Shown here: positions 1 through 8,858 of the stretch, piece after piece
Layout of the letters: the number at the start of each line of letters is the position of its first letter
Numbering within the stretch: position 1 is the stretch's first letter
Source: Candidatus Omnitrophota bacterium
Lineage (GTDB): Bacteria; Omnitrophota; Gorgyraeia; Gygaellales; Profunditerraquicolaceae
NCBI GenBank assembly: GCA_026416665.1
Contig: JAOAET010000015.1
Span: 4,433 to 68,432, forward strand
Length of the DNA stretch: 64,000 nt
Direction: 5' to 3'
Notes under the pieces: generated by a model
What the model saw: only the letters and a program-made list of their open reading frames with translations
What the model was told of the DNA's origin: nothing
Databases searched by the model: none
Program-made: the position numbers and the translations under genes

Positions 1-1037
1 AACCACTTATCCACACCGGGAGCATATGCCTCTAAATCATAGCATTTGCTGGCAGCAAAACTAATATCTTGACTAGATAAAAGCACTACCCGATACGGCA
101 ATCCCAGTGCTTGTAAAATTGCCTCAGCGTTGGCTACTAACTTTTCATGTTCCTCATAGGATGACTCTGGTTTGACGAATTTAACCAACTCAACTTTGTC
201 AAACTGATGCACACGAAGCATACCGCGGGTGTCTTTACCGTAAGAACCTGCCTCACGACGAAAACAAGCAGTGTAAGCAGTTAAATATATAGGTAACTGC
301 TCCTCTTCTAGAATTTCATCAGCATAAATGTTTGTTACTGGCACCTCAGCAGTGGGGATTAAAAATAAATCATCATCTTTTAGCCGATACATATCTTCTT
401 CCATCTTGGGAAGCTGACCTGTACCAGTCATTGTCTTACGATTTACCAGATAAGGCGGAAAAACCTCAGTATAACCGTGGTGTTTGGTATGAAAATCCAG
501 CATAAAATTAAAAAGTGCTCGTTCAAGTTTTGCACCCCAACCTTTAAAAAGTAAAAAATTTGCTCCACTTATTTTTGCAGCGCGCGTAAAATCTACAATA
601 TCTAAATGTTCGGCAATCTCAATATGGTTGCGAGGTGGAAAATCAAACTGCCGTAAACTACCCCAACTACGCACAATCTGTGCTTTGTCTGGGGTCCCAC
701 GAGGAACAGAAGAATGCACCAGGTTTGGAACATATAACAGAGCAGTATTTAGTTTTTCCTCAATAGTCCTTAGTTGACCATCTAACTGGTCGCAACGTGC
801 AGAGATTTCTTTCATTGAAGTAATTTTATCCTTTGGGTCTTTCTTTTCTTTTAACAAACGGGATATTTCGTCATTTGCCTTGTTTTTTTCTGCACGCAAT
901 TGCTCCACTTCTCTTAACAACTTTCTTTTTTCATTATCTAAAGCAATTATCTCATCAATATTCAACTTAGAATTACGGTCAAGTAAAGATTGTTTTACTA
1001 AATCTGCATTCTCACGAATAAACCTTATATCTAACAT
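1..1037 (-). CDS. serS: Seryl-tRNA synthetase. The N-terminus starts at 1037 and the C-terminus runs off the window start.
   Basis: Minus-strand translation from ATG at 1035-1037 gives MLDIRFIRENADLVKQSLLDRN..., with an N-terminal coiled-coil arm. Class II motifs follow: FRREAGSYGKDTRGMLRVHQFDKVE. The ORF is absent from the track because it is truncated at the window edge. Confidence 0.85.
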   Translation of the reverse strand, partial: MLDIRFIRENADLVKQSLLDRNSKLNIDEIIALDNEKRKLLREVEQLRAEKNKANDEISRLLKEKKDPKDKITSMKEISARCDQLDGQLRTIEEKLNTALLYVPNLVHSSVPRGTPDKAQIVRSWGSLRQFDFPPRNHIEIAEHLDIVDFTRAAKISGANFLLFKGWGAKLERALFNFMLDFHTKHHGYTEVFPPYLVNRKTMTGTGQLPKMEEDMYRLKDDDLFLIPTAEVPVTNIYADEILEEEQLPIYLTAYTACFRREAGSYGKDTRGMLRVHQFDKVELVKFVKPESSYEEHEKLVANAEAILQALGLPYRVVLLSSQDISFAASKCYDLEAYAPGVDKW

Positions 1038-1051
1038 CTTTTTGCTCCTTC

Positions 1052-2512
1052 TTAACCTTTGATAACTCCTAAAGGCCGCATACGGCATACGCGCTTAGAG
1101 ATACCCGCATTATGCACGACATCAACTACATCATTTACATCTTTATACGCTTGAGGCGCCTCTTCTACAATTGTGCCGCGACCTGAGGCAAAAACCGCAA
1201 TCCCTTTTGATTCTAAATCCTTAATAAGTTTAGAGGCATCTAAAGAGCGTAGCGCCGCTGAACGAGACTTTACCCTGCCTGCACCATGACAGGTAGAACC
1301 AAAGGTTTCTTCTTCGGCTTGTTTTGTCCCTACTAACAAATAGGAATTTCTTCCCATATCTCCAGGAATAATCACCGGTTGGCCCGTTTGTTGATAACGT
1401 TGAGGTAACGCAGGATGTCCAGGTCCAAAGGCACGCGTGGCACCTTTACGATGAACACAGAGTTTCTTTTTTTTGCCATCAATGGTATATTCCTCTATCT
1501 TTGCAATATTGTGAGCAACATCATAAATCATTTCCATTCCTAATTTCTGCCAAGAAGTGCCGAAGAATTTTTCAAAACACCGACGGGTAAGATACATCAA
1601 ACACTGTCGGTTTGCCCAAGCAAAGTTTGCAGCACAACGCATTGCGGATAAATACGCCTGGCCTTCAGAAGATTTCACTGGTGCACAAGCAAGTTCTCTA
1701 TCTGGAACGTGAATATTATACTTACGCAAACACGCACCCATCTGCTGGACGTATTCGGTGCATATCTCATGGCCCAAACCACGTGAACCAGAGTGAATCA
1801 TAATACAAATCTGTCCTATTTCCAACCCAAAGACATCACAGAGTTTGGCATCATACAATTGGTCAATCACCTGTATCTCTAAGAAGTGATTGCCTGACCC
1901 AAGTGTGCCTGATTGCGCCTTACCTCGCTGATAGGCACGCTCTGATACGGTATCAGGGTCAGCACCAGCAATTGCGCCGTTTTCTTCAGTACACTCTAAA
2001 TCATCCTCACAACCATACCCCTTTTCTACTGCCCAACGTGCACCTTTAACTAAAATCTGACGTTCTTCTTGGGCACTGACTTTAATATCACCTTCAGAGC
2101 CAACTCCCGCAGGAATATCGCAAAATAAGCGATTAGTCAGTTCACGAATTTTGTCTTTAATATCTTCTATTTTTAAGGCGGTCTTTACCAAGCGCACACC
2201 ACAGTTAATATCATAACCCACACCCCCGGGTGAGATAACCCCACCTTCTTCAATATCTGTGGCTGCTACACCACCAATGGGGAAACCGTATCCCCAGTGG
2301 ATATCTGGCATCGCTAACGATGCTCTAACAATTCCAGGTAAAAAAGCAACATTAGCCACTTGCTCTGGTGCGCGGTCCTGCAGAATATCTTTTAATAACT
2401 TTTCACTGGCATAAATAATACCAGGCACGCGCATCCCCGGTTTGTAATTAGTGGGTATACGAAAACGAAAATTATCAATCTTTTCTAACTGTCCTGACCA
2501 AGATTCTGCCAT
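1052..2512 (-). CDS. rtcB: RNA-splicing ligase RtcB, archaeal/Pyrococcus type (3'-phosphate/5'-OH RNA ligase).
   Basis: Motifs seen: GSGNHFLEIQ, HSGSRGLGH, STCHGAGR, and C-terminal MRPLGVIKG. The N-terminus MAESWSGQLEKIDNFRFRIP...MRVPG matches the usual RtcB start. I prefer the internal Met at 2510-2512 over the ORF-track Met at 2575. Confidence 0.9.
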   Translation of the reverse strand: MAESWSGQLEKIDNFRFRIPTNYKPGMRVPGIIYASEKLLKDILQDRAPEQVANVAFLPGIVRASLAMPDIHWGYGFPIGGVAATDIEEGGVISPGGVGYDINCGVRLVKTALKIEDIKDKIRELTNRLFCDIPAGVGSEGDIKVSAQEERQILVKGARWAVEKGYGCEDDLECTEENGAIAGADPDTVSERAYQRGKAQSGTLGSGNHFLEIQVIDQLYDAKLCDVFGLEIGQICIMIHSGSRGLGHEICTEYVQQMGACLRKYNIHVPDRELACAPVKSSEGQAYLSAMRCAANFAWANRQCLMYLTRRCFEKFFGTSWQKLGMEMIYDVAHNIAKIEEYTIDGKKKKLCVHRKGATRAFGPGHPALPQRYQQTGQPVIIPGDMGRNSYLLVGTKQAEEETFGSTCHGAGRVKSRSAALRSLDASKLIKDLESKGIAVFASGRGTIVEEAPQAYKDVNDVVDVVHNAGISKRVCRMRPLGVIKG

Positions 2513-2517
2513 AGGTT

Positions 2518-2838
2518 TTAGGTGAGAAATTTTATGCCAGTCAAGAAAACATTCTCTCCCTGAACACGTTGCCACATTACCCTGCCCAGTGCCTCAATAT
2601 GCTCAGGTGGATTTCCTGGCAAATCAAATTCAAGACGCAGGATTGTCCCAAGGGCTAACTTCCGATTGCACTCAAGACAGAGCCCACCTTGACTAATGTC
2701 CTTGGTTGTGCCGTGTTCAATAGAAGGGATAACCACAGAATATTGCACTTTTGTTGTTATACCGATGCGTGGGAACTGTCGGCGTTCTATCCCAGAACCA
2801 GAAGACGACAGCGGTGGAACTGGTGGTTGTTCATTCAT
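2518..2838 (-). CDS. PilZ-domain protein (putative c-di-GMP receptor).
   Basis: A 106-aa ORF carrying the two PilZ signature motifs: RRQFPR (RxxxR) and DISQGG (DxSxGG). Confidence 0.65.
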   Translation of the reverse strand: MNEQPPVPPLSSSGSGIERRQFPRIGITTKVQYSVVIPSIEHGTTKDISQGGLCLECNRKLALGTILRLEFDLPGNPPEHIEALGRVMWQRVQGENVFLTGIKFLT

Positions 2839-2873
2839 CTACCAGACTCCTTTTTTAGGAAAATTTTTTATAC

Positions 2874-3294
2874 CTATACATCAAAAACTATCTGTGTATA
2901 CCAAAATGAATCTTTCTTTTGGATACACAGATTATGATAGGTTGCTGCTTTTATCTCGTGCTTAAGTTCAAAATTTTCTTCTGGTTCTGCCCATACCACG
3001 GCGCTTAAGATTTTTTTATCTAACCTTTTAATCTTAAAATCTGTAAAAATAACTTTCTCCGTTGCTGAAAGATATAATAGCTCATTTAACCAAGCAACTA
3101 AAAGTTCTTCTGGCGTGTCTGCTTTAACACTTAAAGTAACTTTTCTTTTTTTCTGGTTACCTTCTAAAGGTAAACGCTTGGCTTTTAATTCAAATAGTGC
3201 GCGCCCAGCATTAATAAAAAGACCCTTTAGGTCTTTTGCTTGCAGACGCACACAAAGGTCTGCTGTATGGTCAATAACTTCGTAATATTTCACT
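2874..3294 (-). CDS. Archease (RtcB activator).
   Basis: YEVIDHTADLCVRL matches the archease N-terminal HTAD motif, and the size (about 140 aa) fits. The ORF-track start at 3326 runs into the tRNA-Lys sequence, so I prefer the GTG at 3292-3294, immediately after the tRNA 3' end. Confidence 0.75.
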
Positions 3295-3300
3295 AAAAAT

Positions 3301-3375
3301 GGTGAGCCGCCTTGGAATCGAACCAAGAACCTTGACCTTAAGAGGGTCCTGCTCTACCAATTGAGCTAGCGGCCC
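3301..3375 (-). tRNA. tRNA-Lys (anticodon CTT), with CCA encoded.
   Basis: Reverse complement reads GGGCCGCTAGCTCAATTGGTAGAGCAGGACCCTCTTAAGGTCAAGGTTCTTGGTTCGATTCCAAGGCGGCTCACCA. It folds as a cloverleaf with a 7-bp acceptor stem, a T-arm of CTTGG/CCAAG flanking TTCGATT, and an anticodon loop CTCTTAA. Confidence 0.8.
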
Positions 3376-3438
3376 AAAAATAAATTTATGTTATTTTAGC
3401 GTAAAATCTTTTCTTTGGCAAGATACAACCATCTTCAG

Positions 3439-3512
3439 TGCGCCTGGCAGGAGTCGAACCTGCAACGCCCAGCTCCGAAGGCTGGCGCTCTATCCAGTTG
3501 AGCTACAGGCGC
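3439..3512 (-). tRNA. tRNA-Arg (anticodon TCG).
   Basis: Reverse complement reads GCGCCTGTAGCTCAACTGGATAGAGCGCCAGCCTTCGGAGCTGGGCGTTGCAGGTTCGACTCCTGCCAGGCGCA. The acceptor stem is GCGCCTG/CAGGCGC, the anticodon stem is CCAGC/GCTGG with loop CTTCGGA, and the T-loop is TTCGACT. Confidence 0.75.
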
Positions 3513-3628
3513 AGAAAGGTAATTTTTTACATTCTTGTAATTTGCTTTGTTTCTTACTTCTGACTGTTTTTAAGAATCTAAATAAAAGGATATTTCGGTA
3601 TTTTTTTACCTCTGCCACTTGCAAAACC

Positions 3629-4363
3629 CTAAATAATTTCTGCTTTTGAACCAAGTATTTGTTTTATTTGAAGCAGCTTCTGGTTACTTAAAGGTTTGCA
3701 GTTACATCCTACAGGACAACGCACAGGCGAATTAAGCTGAATTTTATCAGGATTAATCTCGGTAATTACTTTGGCAAGTTTGGAAATGTGTTTGGGTGCA
3801 TCATTTATCCCTTCAACAAGCATTACTTCAAGCCAAATCTTACCTGAATACTCTTTGCGTAACTGTATTAAGCCATTGATAACCTCTTCTATTTTAATAG
3901 AAGGATACGGCTGGTCAATCCTTTCAAAAATATCTTGTTCTACTGCATCAAGAGAAGGCACGATAAGGTCTACCTTAATAATCTCTTTTCTGACTTCTGC
4001 CTTAGACAGAAGAGAAGCATTGGTAATCAAGGCAATAGGTACAGAAGACAACTTTTTAATCTCTTCTATCAATTTACCAATGGCTGAGTTCAGCGTAGGC
4101 TCCCCTGTGCCTGAAAAAGTAATATAAGAAAGTTTCTTTGCCTGTTGTGGATTCTCCTTTAACCAATTGTGTAATTGTTCTAACACTTCTTTGGCTAAAA
4201 CATACTCTTTTTGCTGAATCGTCTTAAAAGTGGTTTTTCCTGCCTGGCAGTAAATGCAATCAAAACTACAGACTTTTGGGGGAGTCAGACTTATTCCTAA
4301 AGAGAGCCCTAACCTTCTTGACTGAATTGGACCGTAAATATAGCTCATAATGAAAACCCCCAC
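3629..4363 (-). CDS. Radical SAM protein of the small COG0731/TYW1-related Fe-S oxidoreductase type.
   Basis: N-terminal YGPIQSRRLGLSLGI followed by CSFDCIYCQ (a CxxxCxxC radical SAM cluster motif), then a glycine-rich SAM region FSGTGEP and C-terminal cysteines CPVGCNC. The true start may be the Met at 4346-4348. Confidence 0.7.
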   Translation of the reverse strand: MGVFIMSYIYGPIQSRRLGLSLGISLTPPKVCSFDCIYCQAGKTTFKTIQQKEYVLAKEVLEQLHNWLKENPQQAKKLSYITFSGTGEPTLNSAIGKLIEEIKKLSSVPIALITNASLLSKAEVRKEIIKVDLIVPSLDAVEQDIFERIDQPYPSIKIEEVINGLIQLRKEYSGKIWLEVMLVEGINDAPKHISKLAKVITEINPDKIQLNSPVRCPVGCNCKPLSNQKLLQIKQILGSKAEII

Positions 4364-4442
4364 TTTCCTTTTAGAAGAAATTGGTTATAGAAAAATGGGG
4401 GATTTTAAAATAGTATTTTAACAAAAAAAATTTAATAAAAAA

Positions 4443-4727
4443 CTATTTTACCTCAATAACTGAATTCTGAGTTCCAAAGGCATTAGCCACTGTTGGCGCA
4501 TTAGGGTCGTTAAGCCAGCAGCCATCTACAAAAAATTTATACTCATATCTGCCGGGTTTTAAACTGGCCTTAACTGACCAGTTACCTTTGGTATCTTTTT
4601 TGGCAATAAGTTTTGCCACGTCCCAGTTATTAAAACTTCCTGCAACAGCGACCTTTTTTGCCTGAGGTGCAAATAACCTAAAAACCACAGATTTTGACCG
4701 TGAACAGCAACTTGTTTTTGTCGGCAT
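4443..4727 (-). CDS. Standalone CBM48/AMPK-beta-like glycogen-binding domain protein.
   Basis: A 94-aa ORF with VVFRLFAPQAKKVAVAGSFNNWD...GRYEYKFFVDGCWLNDPNAP. This pattern is typical of the AMPK1_CBM/CBM48 carbohydrate-binding fold. Confidence 0.55.
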   Translation of the reverse strand: MPTKTSCCSRSKSVVFRLFAPQAKKVAVAGSFNNWDVAKLIAKKDTKGNWSVKASLKPGRYEYKFFVDGCWLNDPNAPTVANAFGTQNSVIEVK

Positions 4728-4794
4728 CTGACCCTCCTTTGTGTAAATATTTATTTATACACTGATTTAGGATACTGTCAAGTATTTTTAAACA

Positions 4795-5598
4795 TTAAAC
4801 CGCTACTAACCAAATCCCCAAGCGATTACATAAATAAATACATTGACTAAGGTCCAGAATCAGTGTCTTTTCTGCCTCAATTGCAAGTCCAGACGCCTTT
4901 GCCTTTTTTAAAGTAAGAATTGTCTTTAAACCAATAACCGGGATATCAAAACGCATATCCTGATGTGGACGTGCTACTTTTACGATAATTACTCCTTTTC
5001 GGGTAATCTTTCCTGCACGTAAAATCAGATTATCTGTTCCTTCTAATGCCTCTACTGCAACAATTGCTTTATCTTTTACACCTACACTAAGCCCTATATC
5101 CAAAGTAGCAATTTTCTTAGCTACCTCAAAACCAAAGTTTATATCCTGCCATAACTTTTCATCGGGTTGATTCTTAGTAAGAACACCTTTACTCGGTAAA
5201 TAATCTTCAAGAAAACTTGTTGAAGGTAAAACAGTCAGGTTCTTACTTTCCAGAAAATTAACAATTGCCTGAAAAATTGAGTTTGCTCTCCAGTCTTTAA
5301 GATTACTTAAGAATTGCCGAAGCTGTGGATTAGTTTGCACTTCTTTACTAAAAAGACGCCAAGGACTAATCTGACCGGCAAGAATTACTTCTTTTACACT
5401 ATAAGAAACAAAAAAATCAACCATACGCTGAAAATCACCTAAATCAAACCATAAGAGGCGATCAGCAAATTTTTTAATGCTAGGTGATGTCTCTTTCTTT
5501 ATTGCTGCTACAAAAACCTGTGCCTTTTTCTTTTTTGCCTCTTCACAAAGAACAATTGGAAATCTGCGATTACCGGCAATCACACCAATTTTTTTCAT
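4795..5598 (-). CDS. lpxI: LpxI-family (DUF1009) UDP-2,3-diacylglucosamine hydrolase, putative.
   Basis: About 267 aa, starting MKKIGVIAGNRRFP, and immediately downstream of lpxA in the lipid A cluster. Size and position fit LpxI. The assignment is by family resemblance and context only. Confidence 0.55.
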   Translation of the reverse strand: MKKIGVIAGNRRFPIVLCEEAKKKKAQVFVAAIKKETSPSIKKFADRLLWFDLGDFQRMVDFFVSYSVKEVILAGQISPWRLFSKEVQTNPQLRQFLSNLKDWRANSIFQAIVNFLESKNLTVLPSTSFLEDYLPSKGVLTKNQPDEKLWQDINFGFEVAKKIATLDIGLSVGVKDKAIVAVEALEGTDNLILRAGKITRKGVIIVKVARPHQDMRFDIPVIGLKTILTLKKAKASGLAIEAEKTLILDLSQCIYLCNRLGIWLVAV

Positions 5599-5656
5599 AG
5601 AAGATTTTGTTTAGAAAATATCTGACTGCTATTTACTTGCGCGGCCTTGGTAGTGG

Positions 5657-6460
5657 CTATTCTTCACCTTGTGCACGAATATTACGCGCTCTTATTACCC
5701 CGCGTGAAGAGTTTTTTATAAAAGAAACTAAATAATTCACTTCCTGACAGGTAAACTTCTCTTCCATAATCTGCTTAATGGCATTCTTCATTGAAAGTCC
5801 TGACTGAAACAAAATCTTAAAGGCCTTATCCAATTCTTTAATGGTGGTTTTGGAGAAGTTGTTTCTTTTCAGCCCCACAAGATTTAATCCATAAACACGT
5901 GCAGGGTGGCCATCAGCCATAGCAAAAGGTGGGATATCCTGAACAACTTTAGAACAACCGCCAATAATTGCAAACTGTCCCACACGAACAAATTGATGCA
6001 CAGCAGTCAACGCACTGATTAGACAATGGTCTTCTACTTGTACATGTCCGCCTAAGGTGGCGTTATTAACTAGTATATTGTAATTTCCAATCTTACAATC
6101 ATGTGCGACATGCACATATGCCATAAGTAAGTTATTATTACCAATGATTGTCTTACCAGCCTCACCTGTGCCTGGATTGATTGTACAGAATTCACGAATA
6201 ATATTATTATCACCAATTATAAGATAACTTTTCTCTCCTTTATATTTTAAATCCTGAGGTATACTACCAACAACTGCGGAACTAAATATACGGCAGTTCT
6301 TACCAATTTTAGTGTGACCAGTAATTACCGCATGCGGCCCAATAACTGTGCCTGCACCAATCTGAACATTCTCTTCAATAACTGCAAATGGGCCAACTTG
6401 GACCGAATCGTCAAGTTGTGCCTTAGGGTGAACTAAAGCATGTTTATGTATAGGACTCAT
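5657..6460 (-). CDS. lpxA: UDP-N-acetylglucosamine O-acyltransferase.
   Basis: Left-handed beta-helix hexapeptide repeats. The N-terminal region (VHPKAQLDDSVQVGPFAVIEENVQIGAGTVIGPHAVITGHTKIG) and the helical C-terminal domain are both typical of LpxA. Confidence 0.9.
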   Translation of the reverse strand: MSPIHKHALVHPKAQLDDSVQVGPFAVIEENVQIGAGTVIGPHAVITGHTKIGKNCRIFSSAVVGSIPQDLKYKGEKSYLIIGDNNIIREFCTINPGTGEAGKTIIGNNNLLMAYVHVAHDCKIGNYNILVNNATLGGHVQVEDHCLISALTAVHQFVRVGQFAIIGGCSKVVQDIPPFAMADGHPARVYGLNLVGLKRNNFSKTTIKELDKAFKILFQSGLSMKNAIKQIMEEKFTCQEVNYLVSFIKNSSRGVIRARNIRAQGEE

Positions 6461-6485
6461 AAGTATCCTTTTTTAAAATTCAGTT

Positions 6486-7796
6486 TTAATCTGCAACAGC
6501 AAACATAAGTTCTGCCTCTGCAACTACATTACCTGCAACCTTGGCAACACCGTGAACTGTTCCAGTGCGCGACTTTATCTTGCCAGCAATAACCTCAAAT
6601 ACGAGTTCATCACCGGGGAGAACAGGTCTGCGGAATTTGGCATTATTAATCATCATAAAAAACGCTAATTTCCCGCGATTTTCTTCTTGCGATAACATCA
6701 TTACTCCACCTACTTGCGCCATTGCTTCCAAAATAAGCACCCCTGGCATTACTGGTCGCTGGGGAAAGTGTCCTCGGAAAAAATACTCATCAGGCCGGAC
6801 GTATTTTACCCCTACTATACGCTTACCCTTTTCCATACTGATTATCTTGTCTACAAACAAGAAGGGGTCACGATGCGGTATAATACGCATAACCTGAGCA
6901 ACATCCATTGAACCATCTTCTCCAATAAACGGCGGTTCTCCAAACTCTACTGCCGGTCGGGCAGGGTGTTGTTTAATTTTTTGGACTAGTTTTAAATTTA
7001 AAGAATGGCCACTACGCAAAGCGATAATATGGGCTTTTAATGGCGAGCCTAAAAGATATAAATCTCCTAATAAATCCATAATCTTGTGGCGCACAAACTC
7101 ATTTTCAAAACGCAGTTTGTTTTTTATAATCCCTTGTTCACCAACCACAAGGGTATTAATGTAATTTGCACCTTTGCCTAATCCCTTAGAACGCAATACC
7201 TCTACCTCTTCAGCTAAACAAAATGTGCGTGCAGAAGCCAATTGTTCTTTGAAAGTCTTTTCTGTTACTACTATCTGCATAAAATCCTTAGCAATATAGG
7301 GATGATTGTAGTCTAAAGTATAAGATATTTTAAGCTCATCAGAAGGTAAAGCAACCAACGATGCACCATTATCTTGAACAAATAATGCCTCAGCTAATGT
7401 GTACCAAAAACGCGGTGCATCCTGCTCAATAATTGTTGCCTCTTCTAATACCTCAACGAATTGTCTACTTGAACCATCTAAACCAGGAACTTCCTCCGCA
7501 TCTATCTGGATAATTAAATTATCTATGCCAAGACCGTTTAAAGCAGCCAGTAGATGCTCTATGGTATAAATCTTAATATCATCTTTTTCTAAACAGCTAT
7601 AGCGTAAACTGCCCTCTTTGGGTTTTAGATTATCTACAGAGACCTTAATAGTAGGACAGCCTGCTAAATCCGTGCGTTCAAAAATAATACCAGAATTAAT
7701 CGGTGCAGGCTTAAAAGATAAATTAACCTTTTCTCCAGAATGAAGACCAACGCCAGAAAGATTAGCTGGCTTTGCTATTGTCCTTTGTTTCTGCAT
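6486..7796 (-). CDS. lpxC-fabZ: Bifunctional UDP-3-O-acyl-GlcNAc deacetylase (LpxC) fused to 3-hydroxyacyl-ACP dehydratase (FabZ).
   Basis: The N-terminal 290 aa or so are LpxC-like (GVGLHSGEKVNLSFKPAP, HLLAAL). The C-terminal 140 aa or so are a FabZ hotdog domain (FFRGHFPQRPVMPGVLILEAMAQ). The ORF is continuous at 436 aa. Confidence 0.85.
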   Translation of the reverse strand: MQKQRTIAKPANLSGVGLHSGEKVNLSFKPAPINSGIIFERTDLAGCPTIKVSVDNLKPKEGSLRYSCLEKDDIKIYTIEHLLAALNGLGIDNLIIQIDAEEVPGLDGSSRQFVEVLEEATIIEQDAPRFWYTLAEALFVQDNGASLVALPSDELKISYTLDYNHPYIAKDFMQIVVTEKTFKEQLASARTFCLAEEVEVLRSKGLGKGANYINTLVVGEQGIIKNKLRFENEFVRHKIMDLLGDLYLLGSPLKAHIIALRSGHSLNLKLVQKIKQHPARPAVEFGEPPFIGEDGSMDVAQVMRIIPHRDPFLFVDKIISMEKGKRIVGVKYVRPDEYFFRGHFPQRPVMPGVLILEAMAQVGGVMMLSQEENRGKLAFFMMINNAKFRRPVLPGDELVFEVIAGKIKSRTGTVHGVAKVAGNVVAEAELMFAVAD

Positions 7797-7827
7797 AGTT
7801 TTTACTACTGTCCTTACAATTTTCTGA

Positions 7828-8850
7828 CTACTTTTTTATCTTTTGGATTTGTTTTTGGATTTCTCTTACTGTATCAAAAAGTTTTGGTAGGTTCTTATAA
7901 AGCACCCGCACCTTTTTCTCTTCTTCTGCTGGTTGTGCAGGTGCACCCCAAACCACTTGACCACTAGGTATATCTTTAGATACCCCAGAACGTGCCATAA
8001 CGATAACATTATCACCAATACTGATATGCCCCACAACCCCACATTGCCCAGCCAAAATCACATTATTGCCAATAACTGTACTTCCGGATATACCTGTTTG
8101 CGCAACAATAATACAGTTCTTTCCTATTTTAACATTGTGGGCAATTTGTACCAGATTATCAATTTTTGTGCCTGCACCAATGATGGTGCGGTCAAAACGC
8201 GCACGATCTACTGTGGTGTTGGCACCAATTTCCACGTCATCCTCTATGACTACATATCCAACCTGAGGAATTTTTTGATGTCTACCATTTACTGTTACAA
8301 AACCAAAGCCATCTGAACCAATTACTGCGCCATTATGAATTATTACGCGATTACCTATATAAGTGCGCTCACGAATAGAGACATTAGCATAAATAACCGT
8401 ATCTGACCCAATCTGACAGGCTTCTGCAATGTAGACATTAGGGTAAATTACGGTATTGTCTCCAATAACAGTACCTTTTTCAATAACTGCACAGGCACCG
8501 ATGCTAACATTTTTACCCAGTTTTACTGATGGGTCAATTACTGCCTTTGGGTGAATTCCCTGAAAGTGTTTTTTCTGCGAACCAGAAAATGCCTCTACTA
8601 CTTTTACAAAAGCCAAAGAAGGATTATCCACGCGTATCCCTGGCTTTGACTTAAGTTCAACTGTTCTATCCACTATAATTGCAGAGGCACGTGTCTGGGA
8701 TAAGAAACCAGCATACTTGGGATTAGCCAGAAAAGTTATATCTCCCTCTTGAGCATCTTCTATCCCTGCAAAAGAACGAATAATAACAGAACCATTACCT
8801 ATAACTTCTCCACCAATAAGCTGAGCTATATCTGATAATGTCCTTTCCAT
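7828..8850 (-). CDS. lpxD: UDP-3-O-acylglucosamine N-acyltransferase.
   Basis: An N-terminal LpxD domain followed by a long hexapeptide-repeat beta-helix. It sits in the canonical position between skp and fabZ. Confidence 0.85.
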   Translation of the reverse strand: MERTLSDIAQLIGGEVIGNGSVIIRSFAGIEDAQEGDITFLANPKYAGFLSQTRASAIIVDRTVELKSKPGIRVDNPSLAFVKVVEAFSGSQKKHFQGIHPKAVIDPSVKLGKNVSIGACAVIEKGTVIGDNTVIYPNVYIAEACQIGSDTVIYANVSIRERTYIGNRVIIHNGAVIGSDGFGFVTVNGRHQKIPQVGYVVIEDDVEIGANTTVDRARFDRTIIGAGTKIDNLVQIAHNVKIGKNCIIVAQTGISGSTVIGNNVILAGQCGVVGHISIGDNVIVMARSGVSKDIPSGQVVWGAPAQPAEEEKKVRVLYKNLPKLFDTVREIQKQIQKIKK

Positions 8851-8858
8851 AAATTGGC

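Noticed and set aside
1612-1803. Plus-strand ORFs embedded antisense in long minus-strand genes (e.g. 1612..1803, 3771..4127, 6565..6897, 18700..19092, 45598..45936, 50395..50691, 61737..62096).
   Set aside because: Each lies entirely inside a well-supported housekeeping CDS on the opposite strand. They have no RBS and show low-complexity, antisense-type composition. I consider them spurious.
2513-2575. The upstream Met (MATCSGRECF...) as the RtcB start, which would overlap the PilZ gene.
   Set aside because: The RtcB family N-terminus aligns from MAESWSGQLEKIDNFRFRIP. Using the upstream Met would overlap the PilZ stop by 58 nt.
3295-3326. The ATG start of the archease ORF at 3326.
   Set aside because: The first 10 codons are read from the tRNA-Lys sequence (…GGCTCACCA). 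The GTG at 3292-3294, just after the tRNA, is the plausible start.
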